A stretch of DNA of 32,000 bases from Bacillus subtilis subsp. subtilis str. 168 (GCF_000009045.1 NC_000964.3:3930001-3962000), one strand, 5' to 3'; positions 9,835-18,447 are shown, counted from the first letter of the stretch. Numbers and translations are program-made. Notes: generated from the sequence alone by a model not told the origin.

Positions 9835-9868
9835 ATATATCAAACATCATAGAAAAAGGAGATGAATC

Positions 9869-11806
9869 ATGAAAAACATGTCTTGCAAACTTGTTGTATC
9901 AGTCACTCTGTTTTTCAGTTTTCTCACCATAGGCCCTCTCGCTCATGCGCAAAACAGCAGCGAGAAAGAGGTTATTGTGGTTTATAAAAACAAGGCCGGA
10001 AAGGAAACCATCCTGGACAGTGATGCTGATGTTGAACAGCAGTATAAGCATCTTCCCGCGGTAGCGGTCACAGCAGACCAGGAGACAGTAAAAGAATTAA
10101 AGCAGGATCCTGATATTTTGTATGTAGAAAACAACGTATCATTTACCGCAGCAGACAGCACGGATTTCAAAGTGCTGTCAGACGGCACTGACACCTCTGA
10201 CAACTTTGAGCAATGGAACCTTGAGCCCATTCAGGTGAAACAGGCTTGGAAGGCAGGACTGACAGGAAAAAATATCAAAATTGCCGTCATTGACAGCGGG
10301 ATCTCCCCCCACGATGACCTGTCGATTGCCGGCGGGTATTCAGCTGTCAGTTATACCTCTTCTTACAAAGATGATAACGGCCACGGAACACATGTCGCAG
10401 GGATTATCGGAGCCAAGCATAACGGCTACGGAATTGACGGCATCGCACCGGAAGCACAAATATACGCGGTTAAAGCGCTTGATCAGAACGGCTCGGGGGA
10501 TCTTCAAAGTCTTCTCCAAGGAATTGACTGGTCGATCGCAAACAGGATGGACATCGTCAATATGAGCCTTGGCACGACGTCAGACAGCAAAATCCTTCAT
10601 GACGCCGTGAACAAAGCATATGAACAAGGTGTTCTGCTTGTTGCCGCAAGCGGTAACGACGGAAACGGCAAGCCAGTGAATTATCCGGCGGCATACAGCA
10701 GTGTCGTTGCGGTTTCAGCAACAAACGAAAAGAATCAGCTTGCCTCCTTTTCAACAACTGGAGATGAAGTTGAATTTTCAGCACCGGGGACAAACATCAC
10801 AAGCACTTACTTAAACCAGTATTATGCAACGGGAAGCGGAACATCCCAAGCGACACCGCACGCCGCTGCCATGTTTGCCTTGTTAAAACAGCGTGATCCT
10901 GCCGAGACAAACGTCCAGCTTCGCGAGGAAATGCGGAAAAACATCGTTGATCTTGGTACCGCAGGCCGCGATCAGCAATTTGGCTACGGCTTAATCCAGT
11001 ATAAAGCACAGGCAACAGATTCAGCGTACGCGGCAGCAGAGCAAGCGGTGAAAAAAGCGGAACAAACAAAAGCACAAATCGATATCAACAAAGCGCGAGA
11101 ACTCATCAGCCAGCTGCCGAACTCCGACGCCAAAACTGCCCTGCACAAAAGACTGGATAAAGTACAGTCATACAGAAATGTAAAAGATGCGAAAGACAAA
11201 GTCGCAAAGGCAGAAAAATATAAAACACAGCAAACCGTTGACACAGCACAAACTGCCATCAACAAGCTGCCAAACGGAACAGACAAAAAGAACCTTCAAA
11301 AACGCTTAGACCAAGTAAAACGATACATCGCGTCAAAGCAAGCGAAAGACAAAGTTGCGAAAGCGGAAAAAAGCAAAAAGAAAACAGATGTGGACAGCGC
11401 ACAATCAGCAATTGGCAAGCTGCCTGCAAGTTCAGAAAAAACGTCCCTGCAGAAACGCCTTAACAAAGTGAAGAGCACCAATTTGAAGACGGCACAGCAA
11501 TCCGTATCTGCGGCTGAAAAGAAATCAACTGATGCAAATGCGGCAAAAGCACAATCAGCCGTCAATCAGCTTCAAGCAGGCAAGGACAAAACGGCATTGC
11601 AAAAACGGTTAGACAAAGTGAAGAAAAAGGTGGCGGCGGCTGAAGCAAAAAAAGTGGAAACTGCAAAGGCAAAAGTGAAGAAAGCGGAAAAAGACAAAAC
11701 AAAGAAATCAAAGACATCCGCTCAGTCTGCAGTGAATCAATTAAAAGCATCCAATGAAAAAACAAAGCTGCAAAAACGGCTGAACGCCGTCAAACCGAAA
11801 AAGTAA
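9869..11806 (+). CDS. epr: Minor extracellular subtilisin-family serine protease Epr (signal peptide, propeptide, S8 domain, Lys-rich repeat tail)
   Basis: 645 aa. Signal peptide ...GPLAHA. Catalytic motifs AVIDSG (Asp), HGTHVAG (His) and GTSQATPH (Ser). SD AAAGGAG at 9855-9861. Confidence 0.95.
   Translation: MKNMSCKLVVSVTLFFSFLTIGPLAHAQNSSEKEVIVVYKNKAGKETILDSDADVEQQYKHLPAVAVTADQETVKELKQDPDILYVENNVSFTAADSTDFKVLSDGTDTSDNFEQWNLEPIQVKQAWKAGLTGKNIKIAVIDSGISPHDDLSIAGGYSAVSYTSSYKDDNGHGTHVAGIIGAKHNGYGIDGIAPEAQIYAVKALDQNGSGDLQSLLQGIDWSIANRMDIVNMSLGTTSDSKILHDAVNKAYEQGVLLVAASGNDGNGKPVNYPAAYSSVVAVSATNEKNQLASFSTTGDEVEFSAPGTNITSTYLNQYYATGSGTSQATPHAAAMFALLKQRDPAETNVQLREEMRKNIVDLGTAGRDQQFGYGLIQYKAQATDSAYAAAEQAVKKAEQTKAQIDINKARELISQLPNSDAKTALHKRLDKVQSYRNVKDAKDKVAKAEKYKTQQTVDTAQTAINKLPNGTDKKNLQKRLDQVKRYIASKQAKDKVAKAEKSKKKTDVDSAQSAIGKLPASSEKTSLQKRLNKVKSTNLKTAQQSVSAAEKKSTDANAAKAQSAVNQLQAGKDKTALQKRLDKVKKKVAAAEAKKVETAKAKVKKAEKDKTKKSKTSAQSAVNQLKASNEKTKLQKRLNAVKPKK
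11036..11803 (+). repeat. Five tandem ~50-57-codon coding repeats forming the Epr C-terminal tail
   Basis: Units start at 11036, 11189, 11342, 11492 and 11663. Units 2 and 3 both open with GCGAAAGACAAAGT(C/T)GC(A/G)AAAGC, exactly 153 nt apart. Shared protein pattern: AKDKVAKAEK...AQ.A(I/V)..L......K..LQKRL..VK. Confidence 0.85.
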
Positions 11807-11810
11807 CCAA

Positions 11811-11851
11811 AAACCTTTAAGATTTGCATTCCAAGTCTTAAAGGTTTTTTT
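11811..11851 (+). terminator. Intrinsic terminator after epr
   Basis: ACCTTTAAGA...TCTTAAAGGT 10-bp stem followed by TTTTTTT. Confidence 0.85.
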
Positions 11852-11910
11852 CATTCTAAGAACACCACACACAACCTTTTTCCCATCCATTGTACAGGCT
11901 TTTCATACTA

Positions 11911-11939
11911 TTGCTATACAGCCATGAACAGCATAAAAT
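11911..11939 (+). promoter_or_regulatory. Candidate SigA promoter of the sacXY leader
   Basis: TTGCTA (11911-11916) - 17 nt - TAAAAT (11934-11939). This would start the transcript about 25 nt before the RAT. Confidence 0.4.
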
Positions 11940-11971
11940 GAACGTTATTACAGTTATCACCACATATGGCG

Positions 11972-12001
11972 GGATTGTGACTGGGCAGGCAGGCAAGACC
12001 C
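11972..12001 (+). promoter_or_regulatory. RAT (ribonucleic antiterminator) target of the BglG/SacY family
   Basis: GGATTGTGACTGGGCAGGCAGGCAAGACCC closely matches the sacB/sacPA RAT pattern GGxTTGTxACTG....GCAGGCAAGACC. Confidence 0.8.
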
Positions 12002-12100
12002 AATGATGCAAAGGGAGTATTAATGCCTAAAAAACAGGGCATTTTAACTCTTCTTTTCGTGTTGGGCTCATAACGGCGCCTTGGACAACCCCCTATTCTC

Positions 12101-12129
12101 ATGCTCCGTCGTCGACGCGGGCATTTTTG
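12101..12129 (+). terminator. Leader terminator or palindrome of sacXY, about 100 nt downstream of the RAT
   Basis: ATGC-t-CCG-t-CG TCGA CG-CGG-GCAT, a GC-rich imperfect hairpin containing the palindrome CGTCGACG, followed by TTTTTGTCATTTT. Confidence 0.55.
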
Positions 12130-12233
12130 TCATTTTCAGCCGGTATTTCTCACTTTTTTCATTTTGATTGTCAACTTTTCATTTGATACGATGAACAAGC
12201 CGACTTTTCTTCAGCAAAGGAGGTTTTAATTGC

Positions 12234-13613
12234 TTGCATAAAGAGATTGCAAAAGAATTACTGCTGCTCGCAGGAGGAAAAAACAATATTATCAGCATCA
12301 GCCATTGTACGACCCGTCTTCGTTTTGATGTAAAGGACGAGACGAAAATTGATATACATGCCATTGAGAACCTGCAAGGTGTGCAGGGCACCTTTTTCCG
12401 CTATGGGCTTTTCCAGATTATCTTCGGAGCAGGCGTCGTCAACAAAATATATAAAGAAGTCGTTCATGTATGGGAGACCGCGCCTTCTGAAGAGCCTGTC
12501 CACCAGAAAAAAGCCAGCCGGAAGCTGAACCCTGCCGCAGCTTTTGCGAAAACACTGTCCGATATTTTTGTGCCGATTATTCCGGCAATAACAGCAAGCG
12601 GCCTGCTCATGGGGCTGATCGGCATGATTAAGGTGTTTCATTGGTTCGCTGCCGGCAGCCCATGGATTAAAATGCTCGACCTCGTGTCCAGCACAGCCTT
12701 TATTTTACTGCCGATTTTAGTCGGCTTCAGTGCTGCACGGCAATTTGGCAGCAACCCATACCTAGGGGCAGTGATTGCAGGGCTTTTGACGCATCCTGAT
12801 CTGCTGGACCCGTCTATGCTCGGCAGCAAAACCCCGTCTTCTTTAGACATATGGGGGCTTCATATCCCAATGATGGGCTATCAGGGTTCCATGATACCGA
12901 TTCTTCTTTCCGTTTTTGTCATGAGCAAAATTGAGAAGCTATTAAAATCGATTGTGCCGAAGTCGCTTGATGTCGTGATCATTCCCTTTATTACGGTCAT
13001 GGTGACAGGGTGCCTCGCGCTGATTGTGATGAATCCCGCCGCGTCCATCATCGGCCAGATCATGACACAATCGATCGTCTATATTTATGATCACGCCGGC
13101 ATTGCTGCCGGAGCTCTTTTCGGCGGCATCTACTCCACCATCGTCCTATCTGGATTGCATCATAGCTTTTATGCAATTGAGGCAACGCTGCTTGCTAATC
13201 CGCATGTCGGTGTCAACTTTTTAGTGCCGATATGGTCGATGGCGAATGTGGCCCAAGGCGGAGCGGGGCTTGCGGTATTCCTCAAAACGAAACAATCAAG
13301 CCTGAAGAAAATTGCGCTCCCCGCTTCTCTGACCGCGTTTTTAGGCATTGTTGAGCCGATTGTATTCGGGGTAAATCTCAAATTGATCCGTCCCTTTATC
13401 GGAGCAGCCATCGGCGGTGCTATTGGCGGAGCATACGTGGTTGCGGTACAAGTTGTGGCAAATTCCTACGGACTGACAGGCATTCCGATGATTTCAATCG
13501 TGCTGCCGTTTGGCGCCGCTAATTTTGTTCATTATATGATCGGTTTCTTGATCGCAGCCGTCTCTGCTTTTATAGCTACATTGTTTCTCGGGTTTAAAGA
13601 AGAGACAGAATAA
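12234..13613 (+). CDS. sacX: Sucrose-family PTS EIIBC-like sensor, negative regulator of SacY
   Basis: 459 aa. TTG start at 12234, 10 nt after AAGGAGG (12217-12223). EIIB phospho-Cys motif ISISHCTTRLRF, followed by a polytopic EIIC domain. Confidence 0.93.
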   Translation: MHKEIAKELLLLAGGKNNIISISHCTTRLRFDVKDETKIDIHAIENLQGVQGTFFRYGLFQIIFGAGVVNKIYKEVVHVWETAPSEEPVHQKKASRKLNPAAAFAKTLSDIFVPIIPAITASGLLMGLIGMIKVFHWFAAGSPWIKMLDLVSSTAFILLPILVGFSAARQFGSNPYLGAVIAGLLTHPDLLDPSMLGSKTPSSLDIWGLHIPMMGYQGSMIPILLSVFVMSKIEKLLKSIVPKSLDVVIIPFITVMVTGCLALIVMNPAASIIGQIMTQSIVYIYDHAGIAAGALFGGIYSTIVLSGLHHSFYAIEATLLANPHVGVNFLVPIWSMANVAQGGAGLAVFLKTKQSSLKKIALPASLTAFLGIVEPIVFGVNLKLIRPFIGAAIGGAIGGAYVVAVQVVANSYGLTGIPMISIVLPFGAANFVHYMIGFLIAAVSAFIATLFLGFKEETE

Positions 13614-13666
13614 CTGGATTTATTCGATTTCATTCATAAAACGGGGGATGAAAGGACAAAAAAGCT

Positions 13667-14509
13667 ATGAAAATTAAAAGAATCTTAAATCATAATGCTA
13701 TCGTCGTAAAGGATCAAAATGAAGAGAAGATTCTCTTGGGTGCAGGAATTGCGTTTAACAAAAAGAAGAATGATATTGTCGATCCGTCAAAAATAGAAAA
13801 AACCTTTATCAGAAAAGATACACCTGACTATAAGCAGTTCGAAGAGATTTTAGAAACATTGCCTGAAGACCACATTCAGATTTCTGAGCAAATTATCTCT
13901 CATGCCGAAAAAGAGCTGAACATCAAAATCAACGAGCGCATTCATGTCGCTTTTTCAGACCATCTTTCTTTTGCAATTGAACGCCTGAGCAATGGGATGG
14001 TTATCAAAAATCCGCTGCTGAATGAAATCAAAGTCCTTTATCCAAAGGAGTTCCAGATCGGCTTATGGGCCAGAGCACTGATTAAAGATAAACTGGGGAT
14101 TCACATTCCTGATGATGAAATCGGCAATATCGCCATGCATATCCACACAGCAAGAAACAATGCCGGCGATATGACACAAACGCTTGATATTACAACAATG
14201 ATCCGTGATATTATCGAGATTATCGAAATTCAACTGTCTATTAATATCGTTGAAGATACCATCTCTTATGAAAGGCTCGTGACCCATCTCCGCTTTGCCA
14301 TTCAGCATATCAAAGCAGGCGAATCCATTTACGAGCTGGACGCAGAAATGATTGACATCATTAAAGAGAAGTTTAAGGATGCCTTCCTGTGTGCCCTAAG
14401 CATCGGCACCTTTGTGAAGAAGGAATACGGCTTTGAGTTTCCTGAAAAAGAATTGTGCTACATCGCCATGCATATTCAGCGGTTCTACCAACGGTCAGTC
14501 GCACGCTGA
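13667..14509 (+). CDS. sacY: BglG/SacY-family transcriptional antiterminator (CAT RNA-binding domain plus two PRDs)
   Basis: 280 aa. N-terminal [16 protein letters not shown]...LLGAGIAF is typical of CAT domains. Conserved PRD histidines occur in ...[12 protein letters not shown]... and ...[12 protein letters not shown].... Confidence 0.95.
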
Positions 14510-14516
14510 GACAAAC

Positions 14517-14552
14517 AAAAAACGCTTTTGATCATCTCAAAAGCGTTTTTTT
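14517..14552. terminator. Bidirectional intrinsic terminator (sacY / gspA)
   Basis: AAAAAACGCTTTTGA-TCATC-TCAAAAGCGTTTTTT between convergent stops at 14509 and 14560. Confidence 0.88.
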
Positions 14553-14559
14553 ATCTGAT

Positions 14560-15420
14560 TTATTGGTTGATCGCCGGATTCCCAATCGTATTCCACTTCG
14601 TATAGGACATGTAATGGAAATACTCATCGCGATACGGATGTTTTGTATTGGAGTTCCAAGGCTTTTCTCCGCCGCAGAAGTGCACGATTGCCGGGTTTTC
14701 TCTTGTTTCATTATATTGCTTCCGCCCTAACAGAGTCGATGGGGTTTTCAGCTTTAACATGATATAGGTTTGAGCGTTCCAGCGCGGATGAAGTTCATAC
14801 CACTGATCATACAAGATCGCATTCAGTGCATCTTGGTCATGCAGCACAAGAAAGTCTTCGTCTGGGTGTTCATTGATAAAGTTGATGACTTTTTCTGTGA
14901 TGTTTTGCTTTCTCCAAGACTCAAAATCAATAATCATGATACCTGAGTTAAAATACTTCCCTGTATCAGTGACGTTCATTTCTTTCAGGCGTTCATGCTG
15001 CCCCGCATCCTCAACAGCGGCTACGGTGTATGGCGCAATGTCTAAGTCCCATAGCTTAGAAATATCCTCTAGGACAAGCGCATCACAATCGATGTAAATC
15101 ATTCGTTTGATGCTTTCATCCTTAATTAAGTCGGGAATCGAAATGCGGTAATACGCGGCTTTTGTAATATGGCTGCTCTCAACCGCATGTTCATACATGT
15201 TGGTATCCACTTCTAAAAACTCAATCGGCACTCCGAATTTCAAAGTGGTTTCTTCCAGTCTTTTTTTGTTATCAGGCTTAATTCCGCCATCAATGACGTA
15301 TAATTTTACCTCTCTCTCCTGATCCATGTTAGTCAATAAAGAAACGAACATCCCACCTAAATGACGAGCATAATTATCATCTGCGCATGATACGATATGC
15401 ATGATTTCATCTTTCCTCAA
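14560..15420 (-). CDS. gspA: General stress protein A, family-8 glycosyltransferase
   Basis: 286 aa from TTG 15418-15420 (SD AAGGGAG). An alternative start is ATG 15400-15402 (MHIVSCADDNYA). GT8 features HIVSCADDNYA and the DxD motif in YIDCDALV. Confidence 0.9.
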   Translation of the reverse strand: MRKDEIMHIVSCADDNYARHLGGMFVSLLTNMDQEREVKLYVIDGGIKPDNKKRLEETTLKFGVPIEFLEVDTNMYEHAVESSHITKAAYYRISIPDLIKDESIKRMIYIDCDALVLEDISKLWDLDIAPYTVAAVEDAGQHERLKEMNVTDTGKYFNSGIMIIDFESWRKQNITEKVINFINEHPDEDFLVLHDQDALNAILYDQWYELHPRWNAQTYIMLKLKTPSTLLGRKQYNETRENPAIVHFCGGEKPWNSNTKHPYRDEYFHYMSYTKWNTIGNPAINQ

Positions 15421-15454
15421 TGGTATTCATCTCCCTTTTTGTTGTACAAGTTAC

Positions 15455-15478
15455 ATACCCTTTTTCAAAAAAATAAAC
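15455..15478 (-). promoter_or_regulatory. SigB-type promoter of gspA
   Basis: Minus strand reads GTTTAT (15473-15478) - 12 nt - GGGTAT (15455-15460), compared with the SigB consensus GTTTAA-N12-14-GGGTAT. Confidence 0.75.
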
Positions 15479-15529
15479 ACGTTCTCCGACATTTTTTTAA
15501 ACAGAATGTGTGATACAACAAAAAAGGTG

Positions 15530-16243
15530 TCATTTTTTGAAGATGCGATAAAGCCAATAAAGAATGAAAAAGCTTGCGATTGTGATGGCTTCAGCCGAGA
15601 CGATATACCACGGCCATGGCCCGAGAACATCTAAGAGAGAGGAACCGCCCGGTTTTTTCGTCAAATACATATAATTCGCGCCAAGCCAGCGATCAATCAG
15701 AAAAATACAGACGCCGTACACATTAACAAGCAGGACTGTCACCCATAACGAGCGCTGGCCCATTCTGTAGGTGCCAATCACAGCCATCAGCAGACAGGAT
15801 AAAAACACAGACCCGTGAGAAATAAAAAAGAGGATATATCGGATATGCGGAAATGAAAACATACCGAGGTCAGGAGTGGCAAGAGCCTGAATCGAACTGC
15901 CGATGCCGACAAAAAACAAAAACACAAACAGCTTTCTGCTTTTTGTCACTAACATAATAGCTGACAAATACACCGACAGGTCACTAAGCTGGAGAGGCAA
16001 TGAAGTGCGCACCGACCACCTGTCCGTGGCGACCATCCATATTTGATAGCCGATTTGCGAACCAAGCAAAAGAAACACAAACAGAGAACGCAAAAACCGG
16101 CTGGCCCTCGGCTGCTTGACCTCATCTTGGAACAAAAACAACAGAATGGCCAAAAGGGAGATAATCGCTAACGTCACTACATGCTCTGTCGAAAACAGAT
16201 GAAACGGATCATGCTTATAGTCGGATTGAACATATTTTTGCAA
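15530..16243 (-). CDS. ywaF: Polytopic membrane protein of unknown function (YwaF family)
   Basis: 237 aa with about 7 hydrophobic segments and no recognisable catalytic motif. Confidence 0.8.
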
Positions 16244-16316
16244 AACTGCACCCCCGTTTTCGGGTTTTTGTTTATTTTGGCGTTGTTTGGGCTTTTTTTA
16301 TTCAACCGATATATGG

Positions 16317-16345
16317 GCTTGAAGTTCACACCAGACTCTGTTAAA
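16317..16345 (+). promoter_or_regulatory. SigA-type promoter of ywaE(-tyrZ)
   Basis: TTGAAG (16317-16322) - 17 nt - TAAAAT (16340-16345). The short dyad TCAT-AGCTA-ATGA at 16351-16363 lies just downstream. Confidence 0.5.
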
Positions 16346-16393
16346 ATTCGTTTCATAGCTAATGATTCTGATAATTTAAGGCAGGCCTAAAAA

Positions 16394-16909
16394 ATGGAAC
16401 GTTCACATCAACATCAGCAGCTTCGGAAGGAAGAACACGATACACTTTCTAAGCTCAAACAAATGCCCGTCGAGTCACTCAACCTGGAAGCCATTTCGAT
16501 CGCTACGAATCTGTATCGGTCTGCACAAAGGCTCCGTGTCAAAATGGAGACTGAGGTTCTTTCTACCTATAACCTTTCTTGGACCGCTTTCTCCATTCTT
16601 TATGATCTATGGGTATGGGGAGCGCTCGAAACGAGAAAAATCGCTGAGCTGTCAGGGATATCTACAGCTACAGCAAGCAACGTGATCAAAACGCTCGAAA
16701 AAAAGAGTTTTTGCCGTAAAAGCATCGACACAAGAGATCGGCGACTCGTGTTTGTCTCAATCACCGATTCCGGCAAACAAGCGATCGAAGAACTCTACCC
16801 GGAGTTTCACAAAGGGGAAACAGAGCTCATTGCGGGAATGACGAAGGACGAACAGAAAATATTGACAGGGCTGCTTAGAAAGGTAGCTGACAATCTTCAT
16901 ACAACATAA
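16394..16909 (+). CDS. ywaE: MarR-family transcriptional regulator
   Basis: 171 aa. The winged-helix region ...ETRKIAELSGISTATASNVIKTLEKKSFCRKSIDTRDRRLVFVSITDSG... is typical of MarR proteins. Confidence 0.88.
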   Translation: MERSHQHQQLRKEEHDTLSKLKQMPVESLNLEAISIATNLYRSAQRLRVKMETEVLSTYNLSWTAFSILYDLWVWGALETRKIAELSGISTATASNVIKTLEKKSFCRKSIDTRDRRLVFVSITDSGKQAIEELYPEFHKGETELIAGMTKDEQKILTGLLRKVADNLHTT

Positions 16910-16911
16910 GC

Positions 16912-17136
16912 TTTGACGGGAATCCAGTAGCGGTTTGTCTCCCTGTTTCAGAGAGCCGGCGGTAGGTGCGAGCCGGCGCACAGGCAAACGTGAATTACCT
17001 CCCCAAGCTTTCTTTGTGAACCTTAGTAGCAAAGAACGGGAAACCGTTATTCGAATGAGCGGAAGACAATGTCTTCAACCAGGGTGGTACCGCGTGCATT
17101 GAGCCACGTCCCTTATTGGGATGGGCTCTTTTTTGT
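16912..17136 (+). promoter_or_regulatory. T-box riboswitch leader, tyrosine specifier (UAC)
   Basis: Stem I elements AGTA (16926-16929) and AGAGAG...GGTGCGAG (16950-16972). Specifier context GTGAATTACC with TAC at 16996-16998. F-box-like CCGTTA (17044-17049). T-box AACCAGGGTGGTACCGCG (17077-17094). Terminator GAGCC..TCCC / GGGA.GGCTC plus TTTTTT (17101-17134). Confidence 0.9.
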
Positions 17137-17157
17137 GTTTGTAAAAAAGGAGGAAAA

Positions 17158-18399
17158 ATGATGAGAACATTTGAGCAGCTCACAGCGTCACAACAAAAAG
17201 AGGTAGAAAGACAGCTTCAGCTATACATGACAGGCGCCCACGAAGTCATACCGCCGGAGGAATTAAAGGCAAAGCTCGTGAAATCAATTTCCACGGGCAC
17301 GCCGCTTAAAATTAAGCTCGGATTAGATCCGTCTGCACCGGATGTACATTTGGGCCATACGGTTGTGTTAAATAAGCTTCGCCAATTTCAAGAAAACGGC
17401 CACATTGTCCAGCTGTTAATTGGGGATTTCACAGGAAAAATTGGTGATCCGACCGGAAAATCGGCAGCCAGAAAGCAACTGACTGATGAAGAAGTTCAGC
17501 ACAATGCCAAAACCTACTTTGAGCAATTCGGAAAAGTGCTTGATCCAGAAAAAGTCGAGCTTCACTATAACTCAAAATGGCTGAAAACATTGAATCTAGA
17601 AGATGTCATTGAATTAGCAGGGAAAATAACGGTAGCCCGCCTGATGGAGCGCGACGACTTTGAAGAACGCATCGCCATGCAAAAACCAATCTCACTGCAT
17701 GAATTCTTTTACCCATTGATGCAGGGCTATGATTCTGTCGTTCTCGAAAGTGATATTGAATTAGGCGGAACGGATCAGCATTTCAATGTCCTCATGGGAC
17801 GGCATTTCCAAGAACGATACAACAAAGAAAAACAAGTCGTCATCCTTATGCCGCTCTTGGAAGGCTTGGATGGCGTCGAGAAAATGTCGAAGTCGAAACA
17901 CAACTACATTGGCATTAACGAACATCCAAACGACATGTACGGAAAAACGATGTCACTGCCCGACAGCCTGATGAAAAAGTACATCCACTTGGCGACAGAC
18001 TTAGAGCTTGAAGAGAAAAAACAGCTCGTAAAAGACTTAGAAACCGGCGCCGTTCATCCGCGTGATGCCAAAATGCTTTTAGCCAGAACAATCGTCCGAA
18101 TGTATCACGGAGAGAAAGCAGCAGAAGCTGCCGAACACTCGTTTAAAACAGTCTTTCAGGAAAACAGCCTGCCGGAAGATATACCGGCCGTAAACTGGAA
18201 AGGCGAAAAAACGATAGCGATGATTGATCTGCTCGTCAAGCTAAAGCTCCTCTCTTCGAAGAGCGAGGCGCGCCGCATGATTCAAAACGGAGGTGTACGC
18301 ATCGACGGAGAGAAAGTAACAGATGTTCACGCCAAAGCAGAGATAAGAGAGAATATGATCATCCAAGTCGGCAAACGCAAGTTTTTAAAGCTCCAATAA
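17158..18399 (+). CDS. tyrZ: Tyrosyl-tRNA synthetase, second (minor) copy
   Basis: ORF track 17116..18399. The start was moved to ATG 17158 after AAAAGGAGG, since the longer ORF would begin inside the T-box terminator. HIGH-type motif HLGH and KMSKS are present, with a C-terminal S4-like domain. Confidence 0.93.
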   Translation: MMRTFEQLTASQQKEVERQLQLYMTGAHEVIPPEELKAKLVKSISTGTPLKIKLGLDPSAPDVHLGHTVVLNKLRQFQENGHIVQLLIGDFTGKIGDPTGKSAARKQLTDEEVQHNAKTYFEQFGKVLDPEKVELHYNSKWLKTLNLEDVIELAGKITVARLMERDDFEERIAMQKPISLHEFFYPLMQGYDSVVLESDIELGGTDQHFNVLMGRHFQERYNKEKQVVILMPLLEGLDGVEKMSKSKHNYIGINEHPNDMYGKTMSLPDSLMKKYIHLATDLELEEKKQLVKDLETGAVHPRDAKMLLARTIVRMYHGEKAAEAAEHSFKTVFQENSLPEDIPAVNWKGEKTIAMIDLLVKLKLLSSKSEARRMIQNGGVRIDGEKVTDVHAKAEIRENMIIQVGKRKFLKLQ

Positions 18400-18411
18400 T
18401 CTGATATTCCG

Positions 18412-18447
18412 AAACGCTTATGACCCTTCATTCATAAGCGTTTTTTT
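18412..18447 (+). terminator. Intrinsic terminator after tyrZ
   Basis: AAACGCTTATGA-CCCTTCAT-TCATAAGCGTTT followed by TTTT. Confidence 0.85.

Noticed and set aside
12022-12046. AATGCC-N10-GGCATT hairpin plus TT as the RAT-proximal terminator of the sacXY leader.
   Set aside because: It has only 6 bp with a large A-rich loop and an interrupted T-tract, and it does not overlap the RAT. It is kept only as an alternative in the sacXY leader finding.
11914-12102. 62-aa minus-strand ORF in the epr-sacX intergenic region.
   Set aside because: It overlaps the RAT and leader RNA of sacXY on the opposite strand and has no SD. The region is better explained as a regulatory leader.
16181-16390. 69-aa plus-strand ORF spanning the ywaF start and the ywaF-ywaE intergenic region, plus the short CCCG-TTTT-CGGG hairpin near 16253-16264.
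   Set aside because: The ORF overlaps the ywaF 5' end in antisense and contains the ywaE promoter. The hairpin has only 4 bp, and there is no upstream plus-strand gene to terminate.
17116-17157. Longer tyrZ start ([14 protein letters not shown]...) given by the ORF track.
   Set aside because: Those codons lie inside the T-box terminator hairpin and U-tract and include the real SD (AAAAGGAGG). ATG 17158 gives the canonical TyrRS N-terminus.
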